Assembly: GCA_950097015.1 (NCBI GenBank) | Contig: CATNEN010000033.1 | Span: 4,154,001-4,218,000 of the forward strand | Reading direction: 5' to 3' | Source: Macrostomum hystrix | Taxonomy: Eukaryota > Animalia > Platyhelminthes | DNA length: 64,000 nucleotides | Shown: positions 1-13,615 of the stretch, in pieces | Position numbering within the stretch: the first letter of the stretch is position 1 | Layout: every line of letters starts with the position of its first letter | Notes under the pieces: generated by a model | The model's input: the letters and a program-made list of their open reading frames with translations, nothing else | The model's database searches: none | Told to the model about the DNA's origin: nothing | Position numbers and translations under genes: made by a program

Positions 1-3000
1 CTATTAGCTACACTATTAGCTACACTATTAGCTACACTGTTAGCTACACTATTAGCTACACTATTGGCTACACTGTTAGCTACACTATTAGCTACACTGT
101 TAGCTACACTGTTAGCTACACTATTGGCTACACTATTAGCTACACTATTGGCTACACTATTAGCTACACTATTAGCTACACTATTAGCTACACTGTTAGC
201 TACACTATTAGCTACACTATTGGCTACACTGTTAGCTACACTATTAGCTACACTGTTAGCTACACTGTTAGCTACACTATTAGCTACACTATTAGCTACA
301 CTATTAGCTACACTATTGGCTACACTATTAGCTACACTATTGGCTACACTGTTAGCTACACTATTAGCTACACTGTTAGCTACACTATTAGCTACACTGT
401 TAGCTACACTATAAGCTACACTGTTAGCTACACTGTTAGCTACACTATTAGCTACACTGTTAGCTACACTATTAGCTACACTGTTAGCTATACTATTAGC
501 TACACTGTTAGCTACACTATTAGCTACACTGTTAGCTACGCTATTAGCTACACTGTTAGCTACACTATTAGCTACACTGTTAGCTACACTATTAGCTACA
601 CTGTTAGCTACACTATTAGCTACACTGTTAGCTACGCTATTAGCTACACTATTAGCTACACTATTAGCTACACTATTGGCTACACTGTTAGCTACACTAT
701 TAGCTACACTGTTAGCTACACTATTAGCTACACTGTTAGCTACACTATTAGCTACACTGTTAGCTACACTATTAGCTACACTGTTAGCTACACTATTAGC
801 TACACTGTTAGCTACACTGTTAGCTACACTATTAGCTACACTATTAGCTACACTATTGGCTACACTGTTAGCTACACTATTAGCTACACTGTTAGCTACA
901 CTGTTAGCTACACTATTGGCTACACTGTTAGCTACACTATTAGCTACACTATTAGCTACACTATTAGCTACACTATTGGCTACACTGTTAGCTACACTAT
1001 TAGCTACATTATTAGCTACACTATTAGCTACACTATTAGCTACACTATTAGCTACACTATTAGCTACACTATTAGCTACACTATTGGCTACACTATTAGC
1101 TACACTGTTAGCTACACTATTAGCTACACTGTTAGCTACACTGTTAGCTACACTTTTAGCTACACTGTTAGCTACACTATTGGCTACACTGTTAGCTACA
1201 CTATTAGCTACACTGTTAGCTACACTATTGGCTACACTGTTAGCTACACTATTAGCTACACTATTAGCTACACTATTAGCTACACTGTTAGCTACACTGT
1301 TAGCTACACTTTTAGCTACACTGTTAGCTACACTATTGGCTACACTGTTAGCTACACTATTAGCTACACTGTTAGCTACACTATTAGCTACACTATTAGC
1401 TACACTATTAGCTACACTATTGGCTACACTATTAGCTACACTGTTAGCTACACTATTAGCTACACTGTTAGCTACACTGTTAGCTACACTTTTAGCTACA
1501 CTGTTAGCTACACTATTGGCTACACTGTTAGCTACACTATTAGCTACACTGTTAGCTACACTATTGGCTACACTGTTAGCTACACTATTAGCTACACTAT
1601 TAGCTACACTATTAGCTACACTGTTAGCTACACTGTTAGCTACACTTTTAGCTACACTGTTAGCTACACTATTGGCTACACTGTTAGCTACACTATTAGC
1701 TACACTGTTAGCTACACTATTGGCTACACTGTTAGCTACACTATTAGCTACACTATTAGCTACACTATTAGCTACACTATTAGCTACACTTTTAGCTACA
1801 CTGTTAGCTACACTATTAGCTACACTATTAGCTACACTATTGGCTACACTGTTAGCTACACTATTAGCTACACTGTTAGCTACACTGTTAGCTACACTAT
1901 TGGCTACACTGTTAGCTACACTATTAGCTACACTATTAGCTACACTATTAGCTACACTATTGGCTACACTGTTAGCTACACTATTAGCTACATTATTAGC
2001 TACACTATTAGCTACACTATTAGCTACACTATTAGCTACACTATTAGCTACACTATTAGCTACACTATTGGCTACACTATTAGCTACACTGTTAGCTACA
2101 CTATTAGCTACACTGTTAGCTACACTGTTAGCTACACTTTTAGCTACACTGTTAGCTACACTATTGGCTACACTGTTAGCTACACTGTTAGCTACACTGT
2201 TAGCTACACTATTGGCTACACTGTTAGCTACACTATTAGCTACACTATTAGCTACACTATTAGCTACACTGTTAGCTACACTGTTAGCTACACTTTTAGC
2301 TACACTGTTAGCTACACTATTGGCTACACTGTTAGCTACACTATTAGCTACACTGTTAGCTACACTATTAGCTACACTATTAGCTACACTATTAGCTACA
2401 CTATTGGCTACACTATTAGCTACACTGTTAGCTACACTATTAGCTACACTGTTAGCTACACTGTTAGCTACACTTTTAGCTACACTGTTAGCTACACTAT
2501 TGGCTACACTGTTAGCTACACTATTAGCTACACTGTTAGCTACACTATTGGCTACACTGTTAGCTACACTATTAGCTACACTATTAGCTACACTATTAGC
2601 TACACTGTTAGCTACACTGTTAGCTACACTTTTAGCTACACTGTTAGCTACACTATTGGCTACACTGTTAGCTACACTATTAGCTACACTGTTAGCTACA
2701 CTATTGGCTACACTGTTAGCTACACTATTAGCTACACTATTAGCTACACTATTAACTACACTATTAGCTACACTTTTAGCTACACTGTTAGCTACACTAT
2801 TAGCTACACTATTAGCTACATTATTAGCTACACTGTTAGCTACACTATTGGCTACACTGTTAGCTACACTATTAGCTACACTGTTAGCTACACTATTAGC
2901 TACACTATTAGCTACATTATTAGCTACACTATTAGCTACACTATTAGCTACACTATTAGCTACACTTTTAGCTACACTGTTAGCTACACTATTAGCTACA

Positions 3001-3744
3001 CTATTAGCTACACTATTAGCTACACTATTGGCTACACTTTTAGCTACATTATTAGCTACACTATTAGCTACACTATTAGCTACACTATTAGCTACACTGT
3101 TAGCTACACTATTAGCTACACTGTTAGCTACACTATTAGCTACACTATTAGCTACACTATTGGCTACACTGTTAGCTACACTATTAGCTACACTGTTAGC
3201 TACACTATTAGCTACACTGTTAGCTACACTATTAGCTACACTATTAGCTACACTGTTAGCTACACTTTTAGCTACACTGTTAGCTACACTATTGGCTACA
3301 CTGTTAGCTACACTATTAGCTACACTGTTAGCTACACTATTGGCTACACTGTTAGCTACACTATTAGCTACACTATTAGCTACACTATTAGCTACACTAT
3401 TGGCTACACTATTAGCTACACTATTGGCTACACTATTAGCTACACTATTAGCTACACTGTTAGCTACACTATTAGCTACACTATTAGCTACACTGTTAGC
3501 TACACTGTTAGCTACACTGTTAGCTACACTATTAGCTACACTATTAGCTACACTATTAGCTACACTATTAGCTACACTGTTAGCTACACTGTTAGCTACA
3601 CTATTAGCTACACTATTAGCTACACTATTAGCTACACTGTTAGCTACGCTATTAGCTACACTGTTAGCTACACTATTAGCTACACTATTAGCTACACTAT
3701 TAGCTACACTATTAGCTACACTATTAGCTACACTTTTAGCTACA
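1..3744. repeat. 12-bp minisatellite CT(A/G/T)TT(A/G)GCTACA, >310 copies, truncated by the window edge
   Basis: Direct reading. TAGCTA palindromic core. Confidence 0.99.
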
Positions 3745-4268
3745 AATGCATTTTAAAGCAGTAAGTTTCAAGAAACATGAATGACCGACTAGTCACTAGT
3801 GACCGTCAAGTTAGTGTTGCTATTGAGTGATAATTCAGGGGGGCGAAGTGTAGTTAAAATAGATAATTAGCTTGATAATTAGCTTAGTCACAGATGTGAA
3901 ATTTAGTACGCGCAAATTAATTTTCAATCTGCGGGGTGTCAAATTGCTGCACCGCTTGGCAACACTCGGTGTTATTGACAAGCGCAATTAAATGATTGCG
4001 TGCCAACACAACAGTGGAGTGAGCGGCTGGGAGAGAGATCGAGACAGATAAGGCGCTGCAAATCTGCTCTGCGATTTTCCTTCGCTGGTGCAGCTTTGCA
4101 GAACTGAAAGCATTGCGTGACTGTACAGCCAGACTGGCTGGCAGACTGCTTGGCCGCTGAGCTGTTGCAAAATCTGCTTTGAGAACTTGCTGAGTAAGCT
4201 TCTCTGATGAATCTCTTCCTAGCACTGGCTTGAAGAAAACTCAGGGACTAAATTAGGCTGGCGATCAC

Positions 4269-4690
4269 TCTTCAGTGTCCTAAAGGAGAGGCGGATGCCA
4301 ATCTTCAGTGCCCTGAAGGAGAGGCGGATGCCAATCTTCAGTGCCCTGAAGGAGAGGCGGATGCCAATCTTCAGTGCCCTGAAGGAGAGGCGGATGCCAA
4401 TCTTCAGTGCCCTGAAGGAGAGGCGGAATGCCAATCTTCAGTGCCCTTACGGACAGGCGGAATGCCAATCTTCAGTGCCCTGAAGGCGATGCGGAATGCA
4501 AATCTTCAGTGCCCTGAAGGAGATGCGGAATGCAAATCTTCAGTGCCCTGAAGGCGATGCGGAATGCCAATCTTCAGTGCCCTGAGGGAGAGGCGGAATG
4601 CCAATCTTCAGTGCCCTTACGGACAGGCGGAATGCCAATCTTCAGTGCCCTGAAGGAGAGGCGGAATGCCAATTTTAAGTGACCTTAATG
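4269..4690. repeat. 33-34-bp minisatellite ATGCCAATCTTCAGTGCCCTGAAGGAGAGGCGG, ~12 copies
   Basis: Direct reading. Internal CTTCAG-tgcc-CTGAAG hairpin. Confidence 0.97.
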
Positions 4691-5241
4691 ACTTGATGGA
4701 GTGTCAGAGGATGAGTCCTTAGTAAATGAAATATATTCCTCGAATTGGCTATTTTAATAAGGTAAAATGGGGTAAATTGATATGCACAGCAAATTCATTT
4801 CAAACCGCAGAACAGCCTCATTCTGAGCACAGTAATTTTAGCAAACCCATTAGCAAAGCTGTTGTTTCAATGCACTGCAATTTGATTCCAGCAAGCAGGC
4901 CAGCTCCCAGTCCTCTGCAGTCCTCTACTCGCTGCCCTTTTTTAGTTGGCATAAAAGCTTTTTAACTTGCCTGAAAAAGCAGATCCACGATTCACTATTA
5001 GGGAAGGCTTGTCTTACACTTTGCTCGACTTTTTTTCAACGGTTGCGTAACACTCGCTGTGGTCGATCCCCACCTGGTCTAGTCCGCAATGCCAACCTCA
5101 GCTATCCTCTCATGTTGTTTGCCTTTTATTTCGCCTTACTCGCAAGTCTTTTTGTTAGGCCTCATTAAGAAGAGCTGCTTTAACGAGCAATGGGCAGTGC
5201 AATCTCTGCCTGGCACTAGCACAAATACAAACGCAACACTA

Positions 5242-6073
5242 GCGGAAGGCCGACCTTCGGTGACTGAGAAGGGGGCGGAAGGCCGACCTTCATTCACTGA
5301 GAAGGGGACGGAAGGCCGACCTTCATTCACTGAGAAGGGGGCGGAAGCCCGACCTTGATTCACTGAGAAGGGGGCGGAAGGCCGACCTTGATTCACTGAG
5401 AAGGGGACGGAAGCCCGACCTTGATTCACTGAGAAGGGGGCGGAAGCCCGACCTTGATTCACTGAGAAGGGGACGGAAGGCCGACCTTCATTCACTGAGA
5501 AGGGGACGGAAGGCCGACCTTGATTCACTGAGAAGGGGGCGCAAGGCCGACCTTGATTCACTGAGAAGGGGGCGGAAGGCCGACCTTGATTCACTGAGAA
5601 GGGGACGGAAGGCCGACCTTCATTCACTGAGAAGGGGACGGAAGGCCGACCTTCGGTGACTGAGAAGGGGGCGGAAGGCCGACCTTCGGTGACTGAGAAG
5701 GGGGCGGAAGGCCGACCTTCATTCACTGAGAAGGGGACGGAAGGCCGACCTTCATTCACTGAGAAGGGGGCGGAAGGCCGACCTTGATTCACTGAGAAGG
5801 GGACGGAAGGCCGACCTTCATTCACTGAGAAGGGGACGGAAGGCCGACCTTCGGTGACTGAGAAGGGGGCGGAAGGCCGACCTTCATTCACTGAGAAGGG
5901 GACGGAAGGCCGACCTTGATTCACTGAGAAGGGGGCGGAAGGCCGACCTTCATTCACTGAGAAGGAGACGGAAGGCCGACCTTCAGTCACTGAGAAGGGG
6001 ACGGAAGGCCGACCTTCGGTGACTGAGAAGGGGACGGAAGGCCGACCTTCATTCACTGAGAAGGGGGCGGAAG
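5242..6073. repeat. 33-bp minisatellite GGAAGGCCGACCTTCATTCACTGAGAAGGGGAC, ~25 copies
   Basis: Direct reading. GAAGG-ccga-CCTTC hairpin. Confidence 0.98.
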
Positions 6074-6978
6074 ATGAATAGCCTTGTGCCTTAGATTCCA
6101 TTTGTTGACTGGCACATGCATTAAAGATAAACTTTTGATTACCCCTTGATTGATAGATTGGTGAGTTGTGTGACCGCTGAAATCAGAAAATCAGGAAATC
6201 AGGAAATCCCTGATTGATCTGATCAGAAGCAACATTTTCCAATACCCTAATTAGTTAAATTAAGATACGTTACACAACTATTTTGCAAAGGAAATCCCTT
6301 CTTTGAAGTACAAAAATCAAAGTTGCCCCTGCGAAGATAAAGTAAAGGCCAAAAGTCCACTTTGACTCGATATTATCCCCCCATTTTTTCTCTGCTTCTG
6401 CGTAAGTTTATCCTCACACTCCGTTTCCTCACCCCAGGGCTGCACCGCAACTGTCAGGCCTGAAGTCTTGGGGATGGGGCCAGTGGCAGCATTAATGCAT
6501 CGGAACCTTCAAAACCCCAAGTTTTCTTTATATGGCGTGGGAAAACTTCCCGTAGGATAAATATGTTCCCCCCTCTCTCTTATAATCTCAGGCCGCTGAA
6601 GAGAATAACTCAATACCAGAGAACTCAAGAAGCAGGCATGCGGACTAGCTCAGAGACACCCGGCCACTCGCCCTATGCAAGGATGTGTGAATAAATTAGT
6701 TGCCAAGCGCGAGAAATCATCCACTGACTGTGCCAACTTGGCATTGTCACCCACTGGTCCGGCCTCTGTGCCTGTTGGATTATTCAATTATTTACCAGTG
6801 CGCCGCGTGCCACGTTTTCAATTATTCCAACTGGATTTCTGTTCAGCGTTTCCGCCCCCCATGTCAGCCTCGTCAGCAGATATTTTTGTGCGAAATTTTC
6901 CGGTCGCTGGGTTTATTATTATATACCAAAGTCATTGGCATAAACATCACAGACATCTGGCTTTTCAACTCATGTACA

Positions 6979-7246
6979 CTTCGATACTTAGCTCCTTCGA
7001 TACTCAGCTCCTTCGATACTAAGCTCCTTCGATACTCAGCTCCTTCGATACTCAGCTCCTTCGATACTCAGCTCCTTCGATACTCAGCTCCTTCGATACT
7101 CAGCTCCTTCGATACTCAGCTCCTTCGATACTCAGCTCCTTCGATACTCAGCTCCTTCGATACTCAGCTCCTTCGATACTCAGCTCCTTCGATACTCAGC
7201 TCCTTCATATACTCAGCTCCTTCGATACTCAGCTCCTTCGATACTC
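6979..7246. repeat. 16-bp minisatellite GATACTCAGCTCCTTC, ~16 copies
   Basis: Direct reading. Confidence 0.97.
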
Positions 7247-9672
7247 TGCAGCGACTCACACATCGCAATGGTTTTATGCGAGTCCATGTACACCTAAATT
7301 ACACTTGCAAAGTCGATGAAATCTACGACTAAAGCAGCGCCGACTGAGGACCTTTTGACGATAAAAGAATTTCGCTCCAACGAATTTCTTCAGGGCGTGT
7401 TTTGCGATGCATTTAACATTCGTAATCCCAAAGGGTTGGAGGAGTTGATGAGGATCATAATAATATTTACAAGCTGCCCAGAGGGAAGTTTCGCGGATCA
7501 AATTGAAGATTTCAGGTCAGGGTCGCAGTGCATTCGCAGTCTCGGCAGTGGCCAAAGCATGTGCACGCATGCGCGCATGTTCATGCACTCGCACCGCTCG
7601 GGGGCTTCTGTGATCGCTAATGGACAAATATTGGATGCAAATTTATTTTCAATATCAATATAACTTTTTTTATTCTGAAGATACCGGCACAAAATGACAG
7701 CGCGCATTTGAGAAACCCGGAGAAAATAATGATTTACCACTTAATTTATTTCAAGGCATTCGAGACCAAAAACCACATTATGTGACTGCATAAGTAATTG
7801 TGGCACCACATTTAAACATTAAGAAGTGATATTCAAGCAAACAGCGATGGAAATAATTATTGCCATTACAACGCCTCGAAAATTGTTCTTCTAACATGCT
7901 CATGAACGTTATTCTGGGTCAAAGTACTGTTCTAGCTGTTCTATCGAGTTGTTATAAACTTATATATTTGCATATAGCATAGTGCAATTCGCAATCAAGG
8001 ACCACTTGGTTGCGAAGTTAAATAAATGAGGCTTCTAAAAGCAAAAATATTGATTTAATATTAAAAATAAGTTGAATAGGCAATGCTGATTTATGAGAGC
8101 ATCGATCATCTCTCATTTTTGCTGTTTATACAGGCGACTACTTAAGGTAGTATATCTGCAAATAAGGAATGCTCTTTTTATCGGACATCAAGCTAAATTG
8201 TCACTTAGCGTCCATGAATATACCGTCGAATTGCGAAATAATAATTGGTATAGCTCGGCATAACAAATAGACAGAGTTAACTAAAACGTTGTTCATATTC
8301 CAGTACTTTCTTTTATCTTGATTACGGAGCTAAGTATTAGGTTAATTACCTATAGAAAAATTGAACATAAAGCAAAGTAAAAGAAAAAAATAATTTCATA
8401 AGTCGCAAGCAAAAGTAAACAAACTAGTCACCCTGTCTTTCTAAGAAAGTTTTGTTATACACTACAAACCATTTTGAATTTAACAATTTTACGAATTACT
8501 CATTTTCTTGAAATTTTCATTTCTACCTATATTGTCATGGGCATATATTCAGATACGCGTCGTAATCTTTTGTCTTCTTTTTTATTTATTCTTCTAGGTT
8601 AATCTAGCGTATATTATTTTGTCTTGGGATAATTACAAAATCGGAATTCAGGCCACTTATCTATGTATTGTATTTATAGCCCATAGACAAAGTACATACC
8701 TAATATACACAATATAATTCACGTGACAATTATGTAGCAGTTGACGAGAGAGACAGTCTATTAAGTTTTCCTAGACCTACATTGGGTAATAAAAGTAGGC
8801 CTAGCCTTTTATATTAGGCTAGGCCCTACTAACTACTTTGTAGACTAAATCTACGCTACGGCGAGGCCCTATGGCCTAGCCTATGTGATGTAACAAAGCG
8901 ACGAGCGTTTTTAGCATGTTGCCCTCCTATAGGCCTACTTCTTGCGAGCATACAATTCACTGTCAGGAAGGAAGGAAGGTGCTCAGTGTGCACTGGATCT
9001 CGAAGAAATGTATTTTTTGATACACTGCACTGCACAGTACTATTATTTCACATTTCACTGTGGATCTAGGAATTTTCATCAATTTTTTGTAAAATTTCCA
9101 GGTTCAGCAATGGCGAGTAGCAACAGAATGTTGGTCTAATCAAAATCTCTCATTTAATTTTGAATTGTTCTTAAAATCAAATTCATACAAATTGTTTGGG
9201 ATTGACTATTATTTGCCCAATCATTAGGCCTATTTGTTAGTTTTTTATTTAATATTAATACTAATAAGATTTTTTGTGTCATTTGTGCAAATACAGAAAT
9301 TACTTGACAACAGGATTGGTGCTAAAAAATAAAGTTAAGAGTTGAAGTAAAAAATATTAACATTTTTGTTCACAATTTCAAGGTTATCATTAGGTATATA
9401 ATCTTAAAAATAATATTTTATATACTCAGCAGGGTTTATTTATCAGATAATCTTACTGAATTGATATATTACTGTCATAGTTAGATAGGAATACTAGCTA
9501 ACATGCTAATTTTTAGCTAGAAAACAATTTTAACCATTGAACAAGAAAAAAAACAAAAATATACATAAGATTAATAATGTGAACAGTGCATTGATTTCTG
9601 CATTATTACCTATTTATTGCAGCCTAAGTGACTGGCCAGACCAGTCAAATCGCATCCTTTGCCGACAAACAC

Positions 9673-10764
9673 ATGGCGCTGGTTGAGTTGGAGTGTCTGC
9701 TGCACCAGCCGCCAAATTTATCAACTCCCGCGCCATCCATAGCAACAGCTGATTCTAATGAAGCCTTGGTAGCCAGCGTCTTATCGGACTATTGGACCAA
9801 CCCAACAATGGAAGGCGAGTCCATGACTGTGGAGGCTGTCGCAGCTTCTCCAGACGAATCCGTCGGCGGCGACAGCGCTGTCATCATGGACGAATTGAGC
9901 CGAGAAAGTCACGATAGCAAAGTGGAAGTCACCGGTGCAGAACCTGCGCAACTGTTGGCCTGGGCCAGGTATCATCACTGCGCTTCTCGGATAGGCAGTC
10001 TGGAGAGGCTGGCCAAGTCTTTCATTGCCAGTGAGAAGCAGCATCAGCAGCACCAGCAGCAGTCTTTATCCTCAACAGGTGGCCGGGTTCCCTTAGCTCA
10101 ACGGGCAGAGTCTGCTCAGCCAACTCCATCTGTGACGCCCTCCGATTGCGCTTCCACGGTTGCCGACTGCACTAGCACCACCAGCAGCGGCGGTGGCAGC
10201 AACAAGAGGAAGCGAAAAAAGAAGCGGCACAGCTGGTGCGTCAATCAGAAGTATCGTCAGCAGCGTCAGCGTCAGCTGCGGCCGACGCCGCCTGACGGCG
10301 ACGATTGTCAACCTAATCGACGAATTCGTGTTCGATCTTCGCAACAGTCTGGCAGCTGCGGCTCTTCCGTACTGCTTCAGCAGCTGCCCTGGACTCCCTC
10401 CGCGTCAATGTCGGCCTCCATGGCCGCTTTAAAACGGGCAGAGATCAGCACACCCTCCTGGCGCATCGCCGAGCCCATTGTTGAGTCGGCTTCAGTCGAA
10501 GAAAGCGCCGATACGGAGGAGGATTTGTCCAACGCCGCCTACGCGCGCCGTCATCGCAAACTGGAGAATGCTGAGCGGCGCTGCATTTTGTTGGCCGCCT
10601 CGGCCCCTGCTTGCGGCCGGAATCGCGGATCATCGTCTAGCTCTTCGTCTCATTCGGCTGCCTCCGCAGCGAGTCCAGCGTCCTCTTCGTCAGCGTCTTT
10701 AGCTCCGGCATTCAACGCAGGCTACTCGGCACGCCAGTTCCCGCTAGATGAAGATCCCAGTTAG
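9673..10764 (+). CDS. KANSL1: KANSL1/NSL1-like PEHE-domain protein (single coding exon, ~363 aa)
   Basis: Open GC-rich frame from ATG 9673 to TAG 10764, with an acceptor (TTATTGCAG, 9622) upstream. The C-terminal EISTPSWR...EEDLSNAAYARRHRKLENAERR matches the PEHE motif of KANSL1/MSL1 as recalled. WARYHHCASRIGSLE resembles the KANSL1 RWNWLQAHVSDLE segment, and a basic NLS-like KRKRKKKR is present. Orthology (KANSL1 vs MSL1-like) was not tested. Confidence 0.7.
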   Translation: MALVELECLLHQPPNLSTPAPSIATADSNEALVASVLSDYWTNPTMEGESMTVEAVAASPDESVGGDSAVIMDELSRESHDSKVEVTGAEPAQLLAWARYHHCASRIGSLERLAKSFIASEKQHQQHQQQSLSSTGGRVPLAQRAESAQPTPSVTPSDCASTVADCTSTTSSGGGSNKRKRKKKRHSWCVNQKYRQQRQRQLRPTPPDGDDCQPNRRIRVRSSQQSGSCGSSVLLQQLPWTPSASMSASMAALKRAEISTPSWRIAEPIVESASVEESADTEEDLSNAAYARRHRKLENAERRCILLAASAPACGRNRGSSSSSSSHSAASAASPASSSSASLAPAFNAGYSARQFPLDEDPS

Positions 10765-11862
10765 TGTCAGGCTTTGCTCTGCCCAGCGAATTCTCAAACA
10801 TGTATTGCGTAATAAGTCTTAGTGCATTCGAAGTCAGCTTAATAGATTAATATGGAGTTGTTAACCTAGTCAACTAGGGAGGCATGTAGTTTTTTTTGTT
10901 CCTTTTACTGTTTTAATAGTTTTTTGTCGCACGCAAACATGTTTTCGGATTCCCTAAACACCAGTGTGTACATCCGAGGTCTAGATCGAGGACAACGCCC
11001 TCACCCCCCCCGATGTACACAACCGTTCCCTCACCCCTATGTACATTAGGTTCAGATCCCCCTCGCCCTAATATACACTAAGTCCAGAACCATCCCGTAA
11101 CCCACATGTACATGGTCTTAAATCGCTGACTCATCAAAAATGTGCATGAGATCCAAAACCACTGACCCCAACGTACACTCGGTCGATTCACCATTAATTT
11201 GCAGCTTACCTTACTTTGCTATTTCCTGTCCTTTTATTAAAATTCTTTTTTGTACTTTTTGATTGTCAGCCCCATTTTTTGAGGTTGACTATTTTATTAT
11301 TAATATTTATTATTATTCTTATTTATTATTATAGAAGCTGTCTATTTTATTATTATAACTTAAAAAACGAACACAGTTCGGTTTCTGTTTGAAATTATTT
11401 TTATCAAATGAATTATGTATTCATTCTGACCGTTTGTACATACAATTTGTACTTTTATCTAGGTGTGCTTATATCAGTTTGTACTTTTGTTAATAGTTTG
11501 ATTATAATAAAATCTTGCTTGCAGATTCGATTGTTTAACAAAGAAGAAGCATTTAAAAATATTTTTTTGTTAGCCTGTTTTAACATGATGCCAAAATGCG
11601 CTTGATTAGAACACTTGTTAGCAGTGTTACCATTCTCTTGTGCTTGAAGGTAGTCTATTTTGACTTTGCTTGTTCCATCTCCAACCCTTTTTGCTTCACG
11701 CCACGGCAGCACAGCTCGGGCCTCCAGTCCCAGCTTCTAATTCTTTTTTAAATAGTTTTCTTGCACTCCTCAACTGTCACCTCGCTGCCTTTGTCATAAT
11801 ACATGCTTGCTGGCTTGTAAATCTGTACATTTTTCGATTTAACATAATTTGAAAAATCTATG

Positions 11863-12045
11863 GAAATGCTATTTCTAAATCTACTGAAATGTCATTTCTA
11901 TATCTTCTGAAATTCCATTTCTATATCTACTGAAATGCCATTTCTAAATCTAATGAAATGCCATTTCTATATCTACTGAAACATGCCATTTCTAAATCTA
12001 ATAAAATGCCATTTCTAAATCTACTGAAATGTCATTTCTATATCC
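11863..12045. repeat. Degenerate 23-bp minisatellite GAAATGCCATTTCTAAATCTACT, ~8 copies
   Basis: Direct reading. GAAATG-c-CATTTC palindrome. Confidence 0.9.
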
Positions 12046-12376
12046 ATTAAAGTGGCACCTGAAAGACGGGTTTTATGACTGCTGAAGGTGTTAAAATTAA
12101 ACTTGTACAAATACTATTTAGTTTTTTCTTGTCCATCAGCAAAGTGAGCGAGTTTAGCATATTTTTTGTTCAGTTTTACTCCTATCAGCATAAGCGAACC
12201 GGTGTGTGTGTTTGCCGACCCGCATGGCCTCTTGTTTGCTTTATTTATAGCTGAGTCTGTGGCTTCTATACATGAAAATAATAATTCAGTTTTTAATCTG
12301 TACAACTTCCATTGAGTCTTATTTCACTTTTTTGCTCAAAACAGAACAAAACAAAACAAAAACAGCTCGTAAACAT

Positions 12377-13537
12377 GGAATATTGGGTGAGATTGTGTAG
12401 GTCTGGATTATTGGGTGAGATTGTGTAGGCCTGGATTATTGGGTGAGATTGTGTAGGCCTGGATTATTGGGTGAGATTGTGTAAGCCTGGATTATTGGGT
12501 GAGATTGTGTAAGCCTGGATTATTGGGTGAGATTGTGTAGGCCTGGATTATTGGGTGAGATTGTGTAGGCCTGGATTATTGGGTGAGATTGTGTAGGCCT
12601 GGATTATTGGTTGAGATTGTGTAGGCCTGGATTATTGGGTGAGATTGTGTAAGCCTGGATTATTGGGTGAGATTGTGTAGGCCTGGATTATTGGGTGAGA
12701 TTGTGTAGGCCTGGATTATTGGGTGAGATTGTGTAGGCCTGGATTATCGGGTGAGATTGTGCAGGCCTGGATTATTGGGTGAGATTGTGTAGGCCTGGAT
12801 TATCGGGTGAGATTGTGTAGGCCTGGAATAGTGGGTGAGATTGTGTAGGCCTGGAATATTGGGTGAGATTGTGTAGGCCTGGAATAGTGGGTGAGATTGT
12901 GTAGGCCTGGATTATCGGGTGAGATTGTGTAGGTCTGGAATAGTGGGTGAGATTGTGTAGGCCTGGAATAGTGGGTGAGATTGTGTAGGCCTGGATTATC
13001 GGGTGAGATTGTGTAGGCCAGGATTATTGGGTGAGATTCTGTAGGCCTGGATTATTGGGTGAGATTGTGTAGGCCAGGATTATTGGGTGAGATTCTGTAG
13101 GCCTGGATTATTGGGTGAGATTGTGTAGGCCTGGATTATCGGGTGAGATTGTGTAGGCCTGGAATAGTGGGTGAGATTGTGTAGGCCTGGAATAGTGGGT
13201 GAGATTGTGTAGGCCTGGAATAGTGGGTGAGATTGTGTAGGCCTGGAATAGTGGGTGAGATTGTGTAGGCCTGGAATAGTGGGTGAGATTGTGTAGGCCT
13301 GGATTATTGGGTGAGATTGTGTAAGCCTGGATTATTGGGTGAGATTGTGTAGGCCTGGATTATTGGGTGAGATTGTGTAGTCCTGGATTATCGGGTGAGA
13401 TTGTGTAGGCCTGGATTATCGGGTGAGATTGTGTAGGCCTGGATTATTGGGTGAGATTGTGTAGGCCTGGATTATCGGGTGAGATTGTGTAGGCCTGGAA
13501 TATTGGGTGAGATTGTGTAGGCCTGGAATATTGGGTA
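12377..13537. repeat. 28-bp minisatellite GGATTATTGGGTGAGATTGTGTAGGCCT, ~41 copies
   Basis: Direct reading. Ends ~27 nt before acceptor 13564. Confidence 0.99.
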
Positions 13538-13615
13538 AGACATTTCAGACCTGACATTTTGCAGGTTTATCGATTCAGCCTGTCAACTGAAGCCTCCGTC
13601 CGGGACTAGCGTGAA

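Noticed and set aside
676-3756. 1026-aa (ATLL)n ORF
   Set aside because: By-product of a stop-free 12-bp satellite; TTG pseudo-start; no unique coding flank.
3917-4225. 102-codon minus-strand ORF with a plausible acceptor at 4225
   Set aside because: No recognisable motif and no partner exon could be linked.
7316-7663. 115-aa ORF after the 16-bp array
   Set aside because: No coding bias or recognisable domain.
8795-8940. Cluster of (T)AGGCCT(A) motifs upstream of the KANSL1-like gene
   Set aside because: The same motif is scattered elsewhere in AT-rich spacers; no evidence of specificity.
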